Source: Paraspadella gotoi (taxonomy: Eukaryota; Animalia; Chaetognatha). Taken from it: a stretch of DNA of 64,000 bases. Positions 1 through 13,700 of the stretch are shown piece by piece; positions within the stretch are counted from its first letter, which is position 1; every line of letters starts with the position of its first letter. A program made the translations under genes and the position numbers. The stretch is from NCBI GenBank assembly GCA_051294375.1, contig CM119268.1, forward strand, positions 20,192,531 through 20,256,530, in the 5' to 3' direction. The notes under the pieces were generated by a model, which ran no database searches, was not told where the DNA came from, and worked only from the letters and a program-made list of their open reading frames with translations.

Positions 1-232
1 TTTAGTTATTGAATAGATTATTCCGAAAAAATAATTCAATTATTTTTTACAATTAAATTGGGGTAAAACGAAACACCTGTAAGGTAAGTATTCTGTGTTA
101 CCTCTTATGCTTTTTATAAAGTGTTAGTAATTATTTACTCAGTATTATACTATTAATGTTACAGTAAAAAATCAATTTTTAGCATAAGAATATACAAAAG
201 TTTGGAATGGAATTTAACGCCTAAATATGGTT

Positions 233-1308
233 AAACAAGTTTGAGCAAACAATGTCGGATCTGCCTACGAAAATTAATTAATTAATCAATTAATTAATTT
301 ATTAATTTTAATATTTAATAATTAATTATAAATTTATATACAGCTTATCATCATCAAGTCCTTAAAATAAAGTAAATGTGACTTATATTTTTTCATTTAA
401 ACTCATTTCACACTGGCACAATTCCGTCAAAACTTTATATCTAGCTTCTTCACAAACTTTCCTTCCCGCTCACAAAATTTCATCTCAATCTATTATGGGT
501 TAAAATAAGTAAAAAGTGTCAAGTAAATATGACTCATATTTTTTTCATTTAAACTCATTTCCACTCGTACCAAAACTTTATATCAAGCTTCGTCACACAT
601 TTTCCTACCCACACACAAAATTTGAACTCAATCTATCCATCCAATTATGATTAATTAGAGTATATTTATTGGTTAAAATAAGTAAAAAGATTTTAGTAAA
701 TGCGACTTATGTTTTTTCCATTTAAACTCATATCCACTTACACGATTCCGTCGAAACTTTATATCCAGCTTCATCACACATGTTCCTACCCATACACAAA
801 ATTTCATTCCGATCCAACCAGCCAATCTCGAGTTATTGGGGCTTTTTGCTAAGGTTGGATGGATGGACGGATTGATTGACTGATTAATTAATTAATGATT
901 AATTAATTGACTAATTGATTAATTAACTGATTAATTATTTGATTTATTAATACATCCTGCATATACATTTAATATAAAAGGGAAAAAAATCATAATCAAT
1001 TAGTGAAACAGGTTTTTTGTTTTTTTCCATTTAAAACTCATTTCCACTCAGACGATTCCATCGAAACTTTATATCCAGCTCAATCACACACTTCCCTACC
1101 CACACACAAAATTTCATTCAAATCCATCCATCCAATCACGAGTAATTGGTGTTTTTTGCTAAGGTGGGACGGACAGACGGACGACGTTTTTTTGGCATAA
1201 TTTATCATAATTCGATGTTCTGACATGATATAATTTGGTGCCCGACAATATTGAGGGGGCGGACCGACAAAGTGAATTATAGAGTCGGGATAAGTAGATC
1301 CGACTAAA
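233..1308 (-). mobile_element. Helentron/DINE-1-like non-autonomous element, family A (other copies 3194-4310 -, 8502-9366 +, 51087-53106 +)
   Basis: Subterminal inverted repeat GTCGGATCTGC near both ends, 5' internal palindrome, GTCC-type microsatellite, internal ~125-bp tandem units, T-rich insertion sites. Confidence 0.7.
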
Positions 1309-1829
1309 AATTAGTTTGAGTCAAAATTAAGATGAAATTAATATAAAATTAATATAATATAAACATTTTTAAAAGGAAATAAAATACAATTTAAAAAGAT
1401 AAATTCAAATGATAAATAAAAAGAATTAAAAAAAATAACATTGAAAATAAAAAATTGGGGAAAATTCAGGAAAGAGAAGAAATAAAAAACTTTGTCAAAA
1501 ATACTATAAATCAAAAAATATATATAAATTTGGTATCTATTGTCATTCAATAATTTTTTCAAAATTGAGAACAAAGTATTAAAAAGTATATAAAAACGAC
1601 TACATCAATCTGTAGCCAGGGTTGTTATAAAAAAAACCCACCCAAAAAAAACAACCAAAAAATCTGCTTTTTAGTGGGGTTTTTTGGGGTTTTTTTTAAA
1701 ATTAAAAGAAAAACATCGATTTGGGATACAGTGCTATTTTTTTTTATTAACACCATGCATTCAAACCATTTAGCTAGTTCCAGGGGCCCCCACTGGCCTC
1801 CTGGCCGCCCCCCGCCCGCTCTCCATAAT

Positions 1830-3193
1830 TTTAGTTTTCGATTACCGACTTTCTGCCTTGAAAATTACTTTTTTCTGATGGATGGTATTCCTCAGTAACT
1901 TTTTGTAAAGTCTTTCTGTTATGGTAGGACTAAGCTCTGACGAAAAAAGTCAGAGGTTTTTTAATATATCTTTTGCACCGGTCTCTCCAATGTAGAATGA
2001 TGGCAATATTGCTATTTTTAAGTTTCAAAAAATCCGACCATAAATATAGAAAATATTAACCAAATCTTCGGAAAATCCACCTTCTTTGGAAGATTTTCGC
2101 CATAATAAGATTTTCCGAATCTGACTCCCGGTTGAAAACTCTTAGAATTCCGATCGTTAGCTCTCTTTTACTTTTACTTTAAATAAAATTTCAGCAAAAT
2201 GGACTAATTCACTTTAACATGATCATATCATATTAAAATAACCAAATGAAATGTAAAGAAAAATTTTGAGAGCCCTTCAGACATATTGCTATCGGATTCC
2301 TGAATTCAAAGTTATTGTAAAATGACATATACCTTAAATGCGTTGACATTGTATTGAAGTTGAGAAATCCCTTTATTTTATATATAAAAATTGCGTCAAA
2401 AATATTTTCCGAGCGGACCAGTCCATTTGAATCGAATGGTTCGATGTCAAAATGATGGTTATTTGTCAAGAGAAAAAAAATGCGACCCTTCAGATGCAAC
2501 AGGATCGGAATCGAGTTGTTTTTACATCTATTTTTTACCTGAATTTTTCCCAGGGGCGTGACATTATTTGGTAGTAGCATTTTAACGAAAATCTCCATTG
2601 AAAAAGTCTTCCTCGATTTCTAAGAACGACGTAGACTCCTAGTTATGGCCATTGTCTTCGTCTTTGTCTAGGATAAGATTTTTGTCTTTTTCCAACAATT
2701 CCGTTGAAGAGCATAATCTTTTGGCACGACAAAGCTCACCCTTGAGTGTCGATATGTGGACATTTAGATGGTGACAGGATTGCGGTTTCAGTCACCTTTG
2801 TCGCTGTTGGTTTTCGGTAGACAGATTTTTCATTTTTTTTTTTTTCATATTTTTTTGGACTAACTCGTCCAAAAATGGAAGTTTTCCATCTTCCTCCATT
2901 TCTCTTGTGAAGCGAATGCGGGGGTGGACGGAGTTGAGTGCAGCATTGAAAGCATCAAAAGGGTCTGTATAATTAGACTCGCTTCTTAGGCCCCTCCGAT
3001 GTGGCCTTTTGTCCTCCATGACACAGTAAGTATCATCCACGTAGATCGTTAGTAGGCTCAGAAGTCTTTTTTCTTCTTCCATAATTTGGAGCGCCAATCT
3101 GACAGTGTGGTCCATCCTAATTTGGCTTATTGTTACCATCAGGGATAAGCCTATGGGCAGGAATTTTCAGCTGTAAAGTGTCGGTTGTCATAG
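1830..3193 (-). mobile_element. Penelope-like element reverse transcriptase fragment (decayed), interrupted by a DNA element at 1925-2641
   Basis: Minus-strand translation LPIGLSL...YVDD...LNSVHPRIRFTREMEEDGKLPFLD...VYRKPT...LCRAKRLCS...DNGH, resuming as NRKTLQKV beyond the insertion. These are PLE RT motifs. Confidence 0.85.
1925..2641 (+). mobile_element. Non-autonomous DNA element with TAGGA...TCCTA ends and a 7-bp TSD (hAT-like)
   Basis: TSD GTTATGG on both sides; related copies at 9732-10985 and 18403-19124. Confidence 0.75.
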
Positions 3194-4310
3194 AAACAAG
3201 TTTGAGCAAACAATGTCGGATCTGCCCACGATCATTATCGGTAATCAATTAATTAATAATCAATTAATTCAAGTTAGTTAATTAGGCAATTAATTAATTA
3301 ATTAATTTTAAGTTTTTTCGTCACTAACCACGACAAAAGCAATGACGACGATGAGAATAATGCCAATAACGATTGACTTGATTGATTGAATAATTAATAG
3401 ATAAATAAATTGATTGAATGATTAATTGATTGATTAATTAACTGATTAATTATTTTATTAAATAATACATTTGCATTTACATTTAATATAGAAAGAAAAA
3501 GAAGCATAATCAATTAGTGAAACAGGTTTTTTGTTTTTTCCATTTAAACTCATTTCCACTCAAACGATTCCATCGAAACTTAATTTCCAGCTTAATCACA
3601 CACTTTTAAACCCACATACAAAATTTCATATCAATCCATCCATCCAATCACATAATTTGGTCGACAGGCATAATTTGGTCGACAGGCATAATTTGGTCGA
3701 CAGGCATAATTTGGTCGACAGGCATAATTTGGTCGACAGGCATAATTTGGTCGACTTGCAGTATTTGATCAACTGGCATATTTTTGTCAATTGGCATAAT
3801 TTGGTCAATCAATCAATCAATCAGAGAGAGATAGAGAGAGAGAGAAACTTTAAAAATTTAAATAAATGTGCCTTTTGGTTTTCTAATTTGAACTCTTTTC
3901 CACTCCTACGATTCCATCAAAAAATTTATATCCAGCTTTATCACATACTTTCCTACCCACACACACCATTTCAATTTATCTATCCAATTTTTAATAAACA
4001 TAATAATTATGAGTAAATTTAAGTAAAAATACTTTAAGTAAATATGACTTTTGTTTTTTCTATTTTAACTCATTTCCACTCACACGATTCCATCGAAACT
4101 TCATATCCATCTCAATCACACAATTTTATACCAATCCATCTATCCAATCACGAGTAATTGGAGTTTTTTGCTAAGGGGGACGGACATCTATCATAATTTG
4201 AGGTTCTGATATGATAATAATGATTTACCGACAATATTTTGGGGTGGGACCGACGGACCGACAAAGTGAATTATAGAGTCGGAATCTGCTGATAAGCAGA
4301 TCCAACTAAA
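3194..4310 (-). mobile_element. Helentron/DINE-1-like family A copy containing an 18-bp minisatellite
   Basis: Same termini as 233-1308. Confidence 0.7.
3651..3806 (+). repeat. 18-bp minisatellite (CATAATTTGGTCGACAGG)n
   Basis: About five perfect units plus three degenerate ones. Confidence 0.9.
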
Positions 4311-4334
4311 AATTATTAAATTTTTGACATAATA

Positions 4335-5690
4335 TTCCCCACCAACAAAAGAGCATCTGCTCAGCAAACGCGACATCTCTCGAGAGAAAAACGAAAGAGG
4401 ATTTCTTCCCCTCCCCTTCTCTTCCCCCTCCCCTCCACAACCTCAGCCCGCAGAATCAAGACAGAATCACTTCTTCTGTTCGCGCTTTTGCGCTCAGTCT
4501 CCCGGCTTGGAGTCTTCGCGTTCTCTGGTGGCCTCTTTGGCGGCAGATCGGCCTTCACGCTCCGAGGGGGTGTCTGGGTCACACCTGCCTCGTCGAGCTC
4601 GATCTGCGTGAGTCGATGATGATGCCTCCGCTTCCTGATCAGAGGAGGGTTCCTCCTCTGAAGAGTCAGTTGAGGGGTTTGACAACTTCTTGTCTCATCC
4701 TGCTTCTGTGCAGCCTTCGGAGTGGATGCTGCAGCTTCTTTGTTGGCGGAATTTCATCCTGCTCAGGAGAGTTGCCTTGCCGCTCAGTTTGACGCTGTTC
4801 CGAAGGATTCCAAGACGACGCGCCCTTTCAAGACTTTGGAGCGCATCATGAGAGACGTCGGAGCGTCTGCTCATGCTGTCTTTCCTGTCGCTGACGGTCT
4901 CCGCCTCATGGTTGAGGCTCTTTGCTCAGAGGGGCCTGGTGCAGTGGATGCAGGCCACCTTGACGATCTTGCCAAGCCCCTTGGAGATGCTTCGTCGGGT
5001 TTGGCGACAATTTTTGGCACGGCCCTCTCCGAGACTCGGCGCATGGTAGTCAACGCTGCCCCTTTGGATCTCAAGACATCTTTGTCCAGTTCTCTGCCCT
5101 CCACGGCGTTCCTTCTCGGAGACCATTCCGCAGACGTCACTTAAGCGTTCCATTCTTTCCATTGCTTTTCCGCTCCAGGGAACCGTACAATTGCGCCTGT
5201 TCTGCTAGCCACAAGCGTGGGTGTGGCAGTCCGTGTAGTCCCGCTCGCCGTCCCTACAGGCCTCGCAAGTCTTCGCCACCTCCCAAGCATAGGGGTGGGG
5301 CTCCAGGGATGCCAAAGGATGCAGACCAATCGCCCGACAGCTCTTTCGGCTGTCACCTCATCCGGCCCTCAGTTTTCCAGACCCGGTTTTCGTCCATGAA
5401 CTGGTTTTTGCGGCTTCTCATCCCCCCCTTCTACAAAGTCCGGTCAAGTGGGCGTGGCGCTTTACCGGAAGTCTTCGCGGGATTCCCCCCTCTTGGTTTG
5501 CTAGTTACGAGTGATTGTCTCGTGGCTGTACGTTGAGGTAGTGGAGGGGAGGGGGAAGAAAAGGGTAGGGGAAGAGGAGGAGATCCTCTTTCATTTTTCT
5601 CTTGGGAGATGTTGCGTTTGCTGAGCAGATGCTCCTTTGTTGGTGGGGAAGAACCATGAAGAATGCCGGTTCCATTTGGAACCATAAATT
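4335..5690 (+). mobile_element. Internally deleted, 5'-clipped DIRS1-like element (ITRs plus gag remnant)
   Basis: Inverted repeats 4335-4470 and 5510-5650, the same right-end extension ending ATAAATT, and a gag-like ORF homologous to the copies at 29365 and 34487. Confidence 0.8.
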
Positions 5691-7614
5691 TTGATATTCA
5701 ACCCCTGACAAGAGATACAGGTTCCTGGGGCTAAAATTTATAAGTTTTCAATAATTAAGCATTGTTTGAAGATGCATGGTTCATCGTTTTACTTCCAATT
5801 TTCCAAAATTATTCCAAATCTGGCTTGAACATGAAGTTGAAAATTAAGGTAAACCAATATTTTTGTGGTAATAAATACATTTTTGTGGAAGAGTAAACAT
5901 TTGTGCAACTGCTCAAAACTAGGCAATATCTCGGCTCGGGTAAAATATTGAAATTCGCCTCGATTGTTCTATTTCAATGAATTTGTTCCAGTAGTTTTCT
6001 CTGAACGAGTTCTGGTTACAATATAATATAGCCTCTGCTTACGATCCTCGCATTCGGAGAAAAAACTACTTTTTCCAGTATTGTTCAGTTACTATTAACA
6101 AAATTAATTTAATTTGCACCATAATATAAATTAGGCCAAAATACGGATTGGTTAAAACCATTTCCAGCTATTTATAATCATATAAGAGTAACATTTTTGC
6201 AACTTTTAGGAAAAAAAATCATGTCCATTTTTGTCCATTTCAATGCCAAGGAAAGTTGAGAAAATTTTTTTATTTTGGAATTCCTTTCTTCCTTATCTTC
6301 TTCACCCTTGAGTAAAATTTTTTTCTTATATCATTCATAGTTCACTTATGAATTAATTTTAAAGTTGACAAGTCAAAAAGTCGCAGTTTTAGTTTTTATT
6401 ATAATTTATTAAACAAAAATAGTTTAAATTTGCTTAAACTAACAGAAAATATAGTCCACAGAATAAGCTTTTAACACCTACAAAATTATCCAAAAAACTC
6501 TTTTCGTTTAGCCACAAATAATTTTTAAAGACAACTTTTAATTTGTGACTTTTTGTGACTTGCATTTATTTATGATAAAGAAAATACTTTCAACTCATTT
6601 ATTAGTTTTAAAAGATTAAGTACTTACTGACGTTGATAAAACAAAAAAAACCGCATACTTTTAACCCAATGGAAAGCGTCAGGACTTGTTTTTTCTGAGA
6701 ATCGACAGATTTTGCGGAAAAGTTTTCCACAAAATCTGTCGATTTACTAAATTTGCTAGGCAACCAAAATTGAAATAAAAACCTCCATTACCGTTAATAT
6801 TCTTTCTTATAATGCATATTAAAGATTTTCTTTGATATGGCTCAATGTAAACGTGAGAGGGAAGACGAAAGAAAAAACAAGAAAAGGAGATGGGAAGAAA
6901 ATGAAATAGGGGGCCAAAGGCAAAAAAAAATATGCAAATGGGGGGGAAAAAATAGTGAGACAAATAAAAGGTAGGAAATGAGGGGAAAATTGGAATGAAA
7001 AAGAGGGGAAAAGAAAGAGAAAGAGAGAAGGATAGAAAAAAGGTGAGGAAAGTGCATGAGTGGCAGAAAAAGGTAGGGGCCGAAAAATGGTAAGTGACAG
7101 ATTGAGAAGTAAGGGAGGAAAGAGGAAGAGGAAAATATAAAGAAAGAGAAGAAAAGAAGTGAAGAAAAAGAATCAGGGAAAGCATATGAAGAAAAAAAAA
7201 TTGTATCAGATAATGTGGCGTCTTACCTAAAAACTTATGTAAGTAAAAGACGTGAAGATTCTTATGAGGAATTCGATCTTTAAAAATTATCTATACCATA
7301 AAAATTCGAACATACTTATATCTAAAATTATGCAGTTAATGAGATTAGATAACCATTGAAGAAATCATGTCTTACCGTGTTTTTCACTCATAGAAATTTA
7401 CCTGGGAAGTTCTAAGTGATAAGAAGGAGATAACTTGAGACTACCGTTTTTTTAAATGAAGTAAGCTTCATACTAACTAATGAGATCAAGAAAGATGGTA
7501 ATTATTGAAGTTCAGATTTCGTTGTCTAAAAGACATCAATCGTACGTGGAGCCTATAATATGACGCCTTCTGTTATACTTTTTTGATAGGGAACTCAAGT
7601 TTTCTTAACTCTAG

Positions 7615-7742
7615 CGTATTTTCTAAATCTTCCAGCAACAGCAACGATCGGCTCTCTCTCGGCGAAACGGCACAAGGGACCGGAAGTTCGTCTTCGTTGT
7701 CGACGACGGAAAAGTCCGGATCGAAGAGTCAGCCGCCTCAAG
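7615..7742 (+). CDS. UBR5: UBR5 exon (Ser-rich; acceptor uncertain)
   Basis: Phase-1 donor at 7742 fits the next exon. The acceptor could be at 7589, 7614 or 7635. Confidence 0.6.
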
Positions 7743-10700
7743 GTGTCCACCTTTCGTTTTCTAACCACTTCTCCACATTAATCTCGCGTTTCTCGTTGTT
7801 GGGAATGTTGATTGTTGTGTTTGTAGATTGCAGAGATTTCAACAAGAACTAACTTATCAACACTTGTCTCATTCAGCCAAAGACGACAAGACGGAGATGC
7901 CTCCACCTCCGTCACCGGCGTCTTCAACCTGCAGCGAGGCCTCGATGTCGTCGACCATCTCCCTCAAACGCAAACGCGCTTCGTCCGTCACTCGCCAGAC
8001 CTCGTCCGGAGGCGGCGGAGGAGGAGGAGGAGGCGGCGGCGGCGGAGGAATGGGCGGTGGAGGCGGCGCTGGCCCACTGGGGTCCCTCTTGGGTCTCGGG
8101 GGCGAAGGACCCGGCCTTCCGCCCGTGGAGTCGTGGGCGTTAAAGGACGTTGTTTTCTTGGAGGACGTAAAGAACGTGCCTATTGGGAAAGTTATAAAGG
8201 TTTGCACTGGTTGTGGCGGCAAAAAATGAAGGATAGGAAAAGGGATTAGGAACGTTAGTAAACTAATAGATTAATCAACTTGATTAAAAGGTGGACGGCG
8301 CCTACGCCGCGGTCCGCTTCACGACCCTCAACGTCGGCACATCCTCCAAAGATTCCGCCAAAGACTCGACGGCTTCGTTGGGTGACGATCCAATGGCATT
8401 GTTGGCCGATTGCCGTCTGCTGAGGAAGGACGACCTCATGGTGGTGAGGTCATCATCGGGTAAGTTACTCCACTCAACACCGGGTCATTTGAACCATAAT
8501 TTTTAGTCGGATCTGCTTTCAGCAGATCCCGACTCTATAATTCACTTTGTCGGTCCGTCGGTCCGCCCCCTCAATATTGTCGGGCACTCATTCAGAACAT
8601 CGAATTATGATAAATTATGCATTATTTTTTCCTTTCTGTTTCGTTGTGATTTGATTTAGAACAAAGTTTGAAGAGAGATTTAAAATAAATAAGAAATAAA
8701 AATCGATCTCCTTCCGTCTGTTCGTCCGTCCGTCCCACCTTAGCAAAAAACACCAATTACTCGTGATTGGATGGATGAATTGGAATGAAATTTTGTGTAT
8801 GGGTAGGGAAGTGTGTGATTGAGCTGTATAGTGTATATGAAGTTTTGATAGAATCGTCCGGGTGGAAATGAGTTTAAATAGAAAAAACAAAAAAATATAT
8901 TTCACTATTTGAACACCGATTACTCATGAGTGGATGGGGCGATTGACTTGAAATTTTGTATTTGGGTAAAAAGGTGTGTAACTGGAAATCAAGTTTCGAT
9001 GGAATCTTTTGAGTGGAAATGAGTTTAAATGGAAAAAAACAAAAAACCTGTTTTACTAATTGATTATGCTTCTTTTTTCTTTTATATTAAATGTAAATGC
9101 AGGATGTATTAATAAATCAAATAATTAATCAATTAATTAATCAATAATTAATTAATCAGTCAATCAATCAAGTCAATTGTTATCGACATTATTCTCATCG
9201 TCGTCATTGCTTTTATCGTGGTTAGTGACGAAAAGACCTAAAAACAAACATTTGGGATCAAATTAATTAATTGCCTAGTTAATTAACTTGAATTATTTAA
9301 TTATTAATGAATTAATTACCGATAATGATCGTGGGCAGATCCGACATTGTTTGCTCAATCTTGTTTAATCTTTCTCGACTTTTCCTTGAACCAGGTCCGC
9401 CACGCATCCCCGATTGCTTCCAAAAGTCACCCAAGCGCATCACCCCTCCGAGCCCCACCCACCAGATCCTCGCCGTCACCTGCGATTCCTCCTTGGTCCA
9501 CATCGTCGCCAAGAACACGGCGGCGCCCTCGGCCGGCGTGGGCGTCACGCCCGGCGGCTTTCAGAGTCACCACGCGGCATCGGGACTTTATTACATACAG
9601 TACAGCCTCTCGTCGGGGAAGGTGGAGCAAGAAAGCGCCATCCCGTCCAATCCGAGGTTGTAGGAGGGGGAATTTTGAGGTACCATGATGGGATAAAAAA
9701 TTGTCGCCGTTACTTTTCGGCTTTTAAAAAATAGGAGCTGACGTCGTTCTACCTGGGAAAAATTCCGGTAAAAAATCGATGTAAAAACACTTGAATCCGA
9801 TCCTGTTGTATTTGAAGGGCTCGCATTTTTTTTCTCTTATCAAATCATCAACATCTTGATATCAAACAAGCCAGAACAAATAGACTGCTTCTGGACGAAA
9901 AAATTTTTCAACTCTGATTTTATACAGAAATGAAAGGGATTTTTTTTCCTTGAAAACGATATAAACGTGACTGAGGTATGTTCCTGTTCAACAAATGACA
10001 TCCAATTTTGGAATCCTTTGGCAAAGTGTCTGATATGATACGATCATGGGAAAGTGAATTAGTCCATTTTGGTGAAATTTTTATTTAAAGTAAAAGTAAA
10101 AGAGGAGCTAACGATCGGAATTTTAAGAGTTTTCAACCGGGAGTCAGATTCAGGGAAAAATCTTCTATGGCGAAAATCTGCCAAAGGGGTGGATTTTCCG
10201 AAGATTTTGGTTAATATTTTCTATATTTATGGTCTGATTTTTTTAAAACTTAATATTAACAATATTGCCATCATTCTACCTTGGCCGGTATAAGAATATA
10301 TTAAAAAAACCTCTGGCTTTGTTCGTCAGAGCTTAGTCCTAATATAAACGCTCCTGAGAAAAATTCCAGTAAAAAATAAATGTAGAAACACTAGATTCCG
10401 ATCCTATTGCATCTGAAGGGCTCGCATTTTTTTCCTTTTGTCAAATAACCATCATTTTGACATCAAACTATTAGATTCAAAGACTGGTCCGCTCGGGAAA
10501 ATATTTTCGACGCAATTTTTATATATAAAATAAAAGGATTTCTCAACTTCAATACAATGTCAATGCATTTAACATATGTTGTGATTTTACAATAAACTTC
10601 GAATTCAGGACTTCAATAGCCATATGTCTGAAGGGCTCTCAAAATTTTTCTTTACATTTTATTTGGTTATTTTAATATGATACGATCATGGTAAAATGAA

Positions 10701-13700
10701 TTAGTCCATTTTGGTAAGATTTTTATTAAAGTAAAAGTAAAAGAGGAGCTAACGATCGGAATTCTAAGTGTTTTCAACCGGGAGTCAGATTCGGGAAAAA
10801 ATCTTCTATGGCGGAAATCTTCCAAATAAAGGGTGGATTTTCTGAAGATTTTGGTTAATATTTTTTATATTTATTATCGGATTTTTTTGAAACTTAACAA
10901 TAACAATATTGCCATCATTATACATGGGCCGGTAAAAGAATATATTAAAAAAAACCTCTGGCTTTTTTGTCAGAGCTTAGTCCTATAAAAAATAAAATTT
11001 TGATATCAAGAAACTTTAGTTTTTTGTGATTCATATGAGCTGTGTTTTATTTTATACGACAAAAAATATAAGAGTTCCATGCAAAAGAAAATGAGTTATC
11101 CAAAAAAATGTTTCCTTCCTTTTTATTTTTTATATTATGAAATTGGTACAACCAATATAAAAATTATCCATTCATTTAATAAATAAGCTATCTTGCCCCT
11201 GACTTTGGACAGGCTTTGGTGGTTTAAGGCCTCCATCACTCTTACAAGATAATGACATAGCAGGTCCCTGCAAGCTTTCAATCAAGACTCTCTCACATAT
11301 TAATATACGGGTTTTTTTATTACTTTTTGAGTTAAACCATTACTATTAAAAATCCTTGCTTTTTCTCAGTCTAATATCAAATAGTTATTGCATCATTTCT
11401 ATTAGGATAGATTCAGGGATAAATTTTAATTCATATATCAAAAAAGAGTGGTATTAAAAATATATTGATATTGTAGATATTTTAGAATATTCTTTTCATA
11501 TTGCAAAGTATTAATAAAAGTTATAAGGCTTCGGGTAACATTTCTGTGAGCAAATTATCATTTTTATTTACCTTTGGATGTATTATCAGAACGCCAAGTA
11601 GCAAACAAGGCTTAAAAAAAAAAAAATTAAAAATTTTATTGAAGTAAAAAAATAATGCATCACTATATTATGCAAGAACAACTCAATCTTAGTTTATTTT
11701 ATAGGGATCAATCTTTTTTACTCGTTGTGCGGCAAAGGAGCTATCTTTTTGCCCTAAATCTGATAAAAAATATTATGTCAAAGATTTAATATTAATAATA
11801 ATGTGTGTAGTCCTTTTGATTAAAAAAAGGTAAAAACAGTTGACAACCTTTTTTGGAAGTATTTGTATGCATTAAATAATTTTATGCTGTTAAGAAATAA
11901 TCTTTTTAATATAATATTTTTAAAGAGGTCATATTATATATTAAAACCAATTTACCGGCTAAAAAATATATTTAATGAAATTAACCGACTTTTCCAAACC
12001 GCGACAATTTTTTTTTTCATCATGGTATTCGAGGGAAAGAAAGAGTCTTAGACACTGAACAGGGTGGAGGAAAGGGAGGGAAGAGGAAAGAAGAGGAAAA
12101 CGCTGAGCAGTTTTTATAAATATAAAAATGTAGTTAAAGATGGAGCATAGAAGATTAAAAAAGAAAGGTTTAAAAATTAAGGCTTATCCAGCATTAAAAA
12201 AATGAAAATTAAAAAGCTTGAGGGATATTGAAGGCGTGAAGTAATAGAGGGAAAAATGATGGTATATTTCGCGAAGAGTAGAAACGAGAGAATATATCGC
12301 TAGACAAAATATACTGAGGGGCAGGAGGAGGAAAGAAGAAGAAGAAGAGGAAGAGGAGAATTGGACGGCAGGCTAAATCCTCCTCTGAAAAGTAACTAAA
12401 AATAAATAACAATAAGAAAAATAAGAATCAATTGAAATTAAAATAAAAATTATACCCCTTGAACCCCCTTCTTCAAAAAGCTCATTCCTCGGCGTGGACG
12501 AACGCTCCATCTCCCTCCTCACCACCCCACAACACGAGAAGGGCTGCGTCATTCTCCGCGACGGATTCGGCGCCCTCTATCCTCTCGCCAAAAACTCCCT
12601 AGATGGCATTCGCGACCCCTGGTGGACGAACCTCCCGCCCGTCAAGACTATGAGCGTCAACGTGCTGCCCGTCGGGGCCGGGGCATTGACTGCCGGGATG
12701 GGGTCCTCCGTAGGCGGTGGTGAGAGAGAGAGAGAGATACAGATACAAAGATACCTACAGAAGGCTTCATATTATAAAATGAGGTACCCCTTTTTTGTGA
12801 CCAGAATCTGTTCCCACCAAACTACCCGATCGAATTTCATGAAAATTTACATATAGAGTCCTAATGACCATATAAATGGAACTATCGATAGAGCCAAACT
12901 TTGTCAATGGGGTGGGTCAGAAGTTTGATTTTGGAACCTTCCCAAATAAAACTTCATACATTTCTGAGAAAACTTTCAATGGACCGAAATTTTCGAAAAT
13001 GGTTAGAAGCACTAGTAATTAATTTTTTAATATTTATTTATAGATAAGAAATGTCAAAATTTTTTTTGGAATTTTGTATTTTTAAAAGCAGATTCAGATA
13101 GCTTATAAAAAGTTGTTTACACAAAGTATAATTCTTTTTTCAATATTTTGATGACAAGTAGGTCAAAATTGAGAAAAACCTTACAAAATCATTATCATCA
13201 TCATCATTCGATGATTTTAGTAGTTTTTGCTTATTTTCAGTAATAAAACATCAAAATTTTAAAAAGTTGCAATTATATTTTTTGCCTAACTTTCTGAGTT
13301 CTATCAGAATCAATTAAAAAAACTTAAAATATCCCAAAAAAATTTTGATTAGCAAATTATTTATGGTTCGGAACATTTTTGCAAAAAAATATTTTAACAC
13401 AATAACTAATACCAATAATGGATTCGTTTAATATTGTTCCCATTAGATTTTGAACTTGGTCGGCTACCGCTACTATCGAAGCGAATTTTGATATTCAACC
13501 CATGACAAGAGATACAGGGCCCTGGGGGGCCAAAAAAGGCTAAAATATTTTTGTTTTTTTATATAATTTTTTAGTAGCATCAGGTTCATCGATGTTTTAA
13601 ACATAAAAAAATATTTTTTAAAACTAAAATTGATAAAATTTTTGCTAATTAATCGTTTTTCTCCTAATTTTCCCAAATTATTCTAAATCTGACTTGAACC

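Noticed and set aside
3651-3806. Regular short repeats resembling a CRISPR array, and the HNLVDR-repeat ORF
   Set aside because: Head-to-tail 18-mers with no unique spacers, in a eukaryotic intron; this is a minisatellite.
6679-7185. 168-aa hydrophobic ORF
   Set aside because: Produced by a purine-rich low-complexity tract; no recognisable domain.
7869-8222. Antisense ORFs overlapping GC-rich exons (here and throughout)
   Set aside because: Shadow ORFs of GC-rich low-complexity coding sequence.
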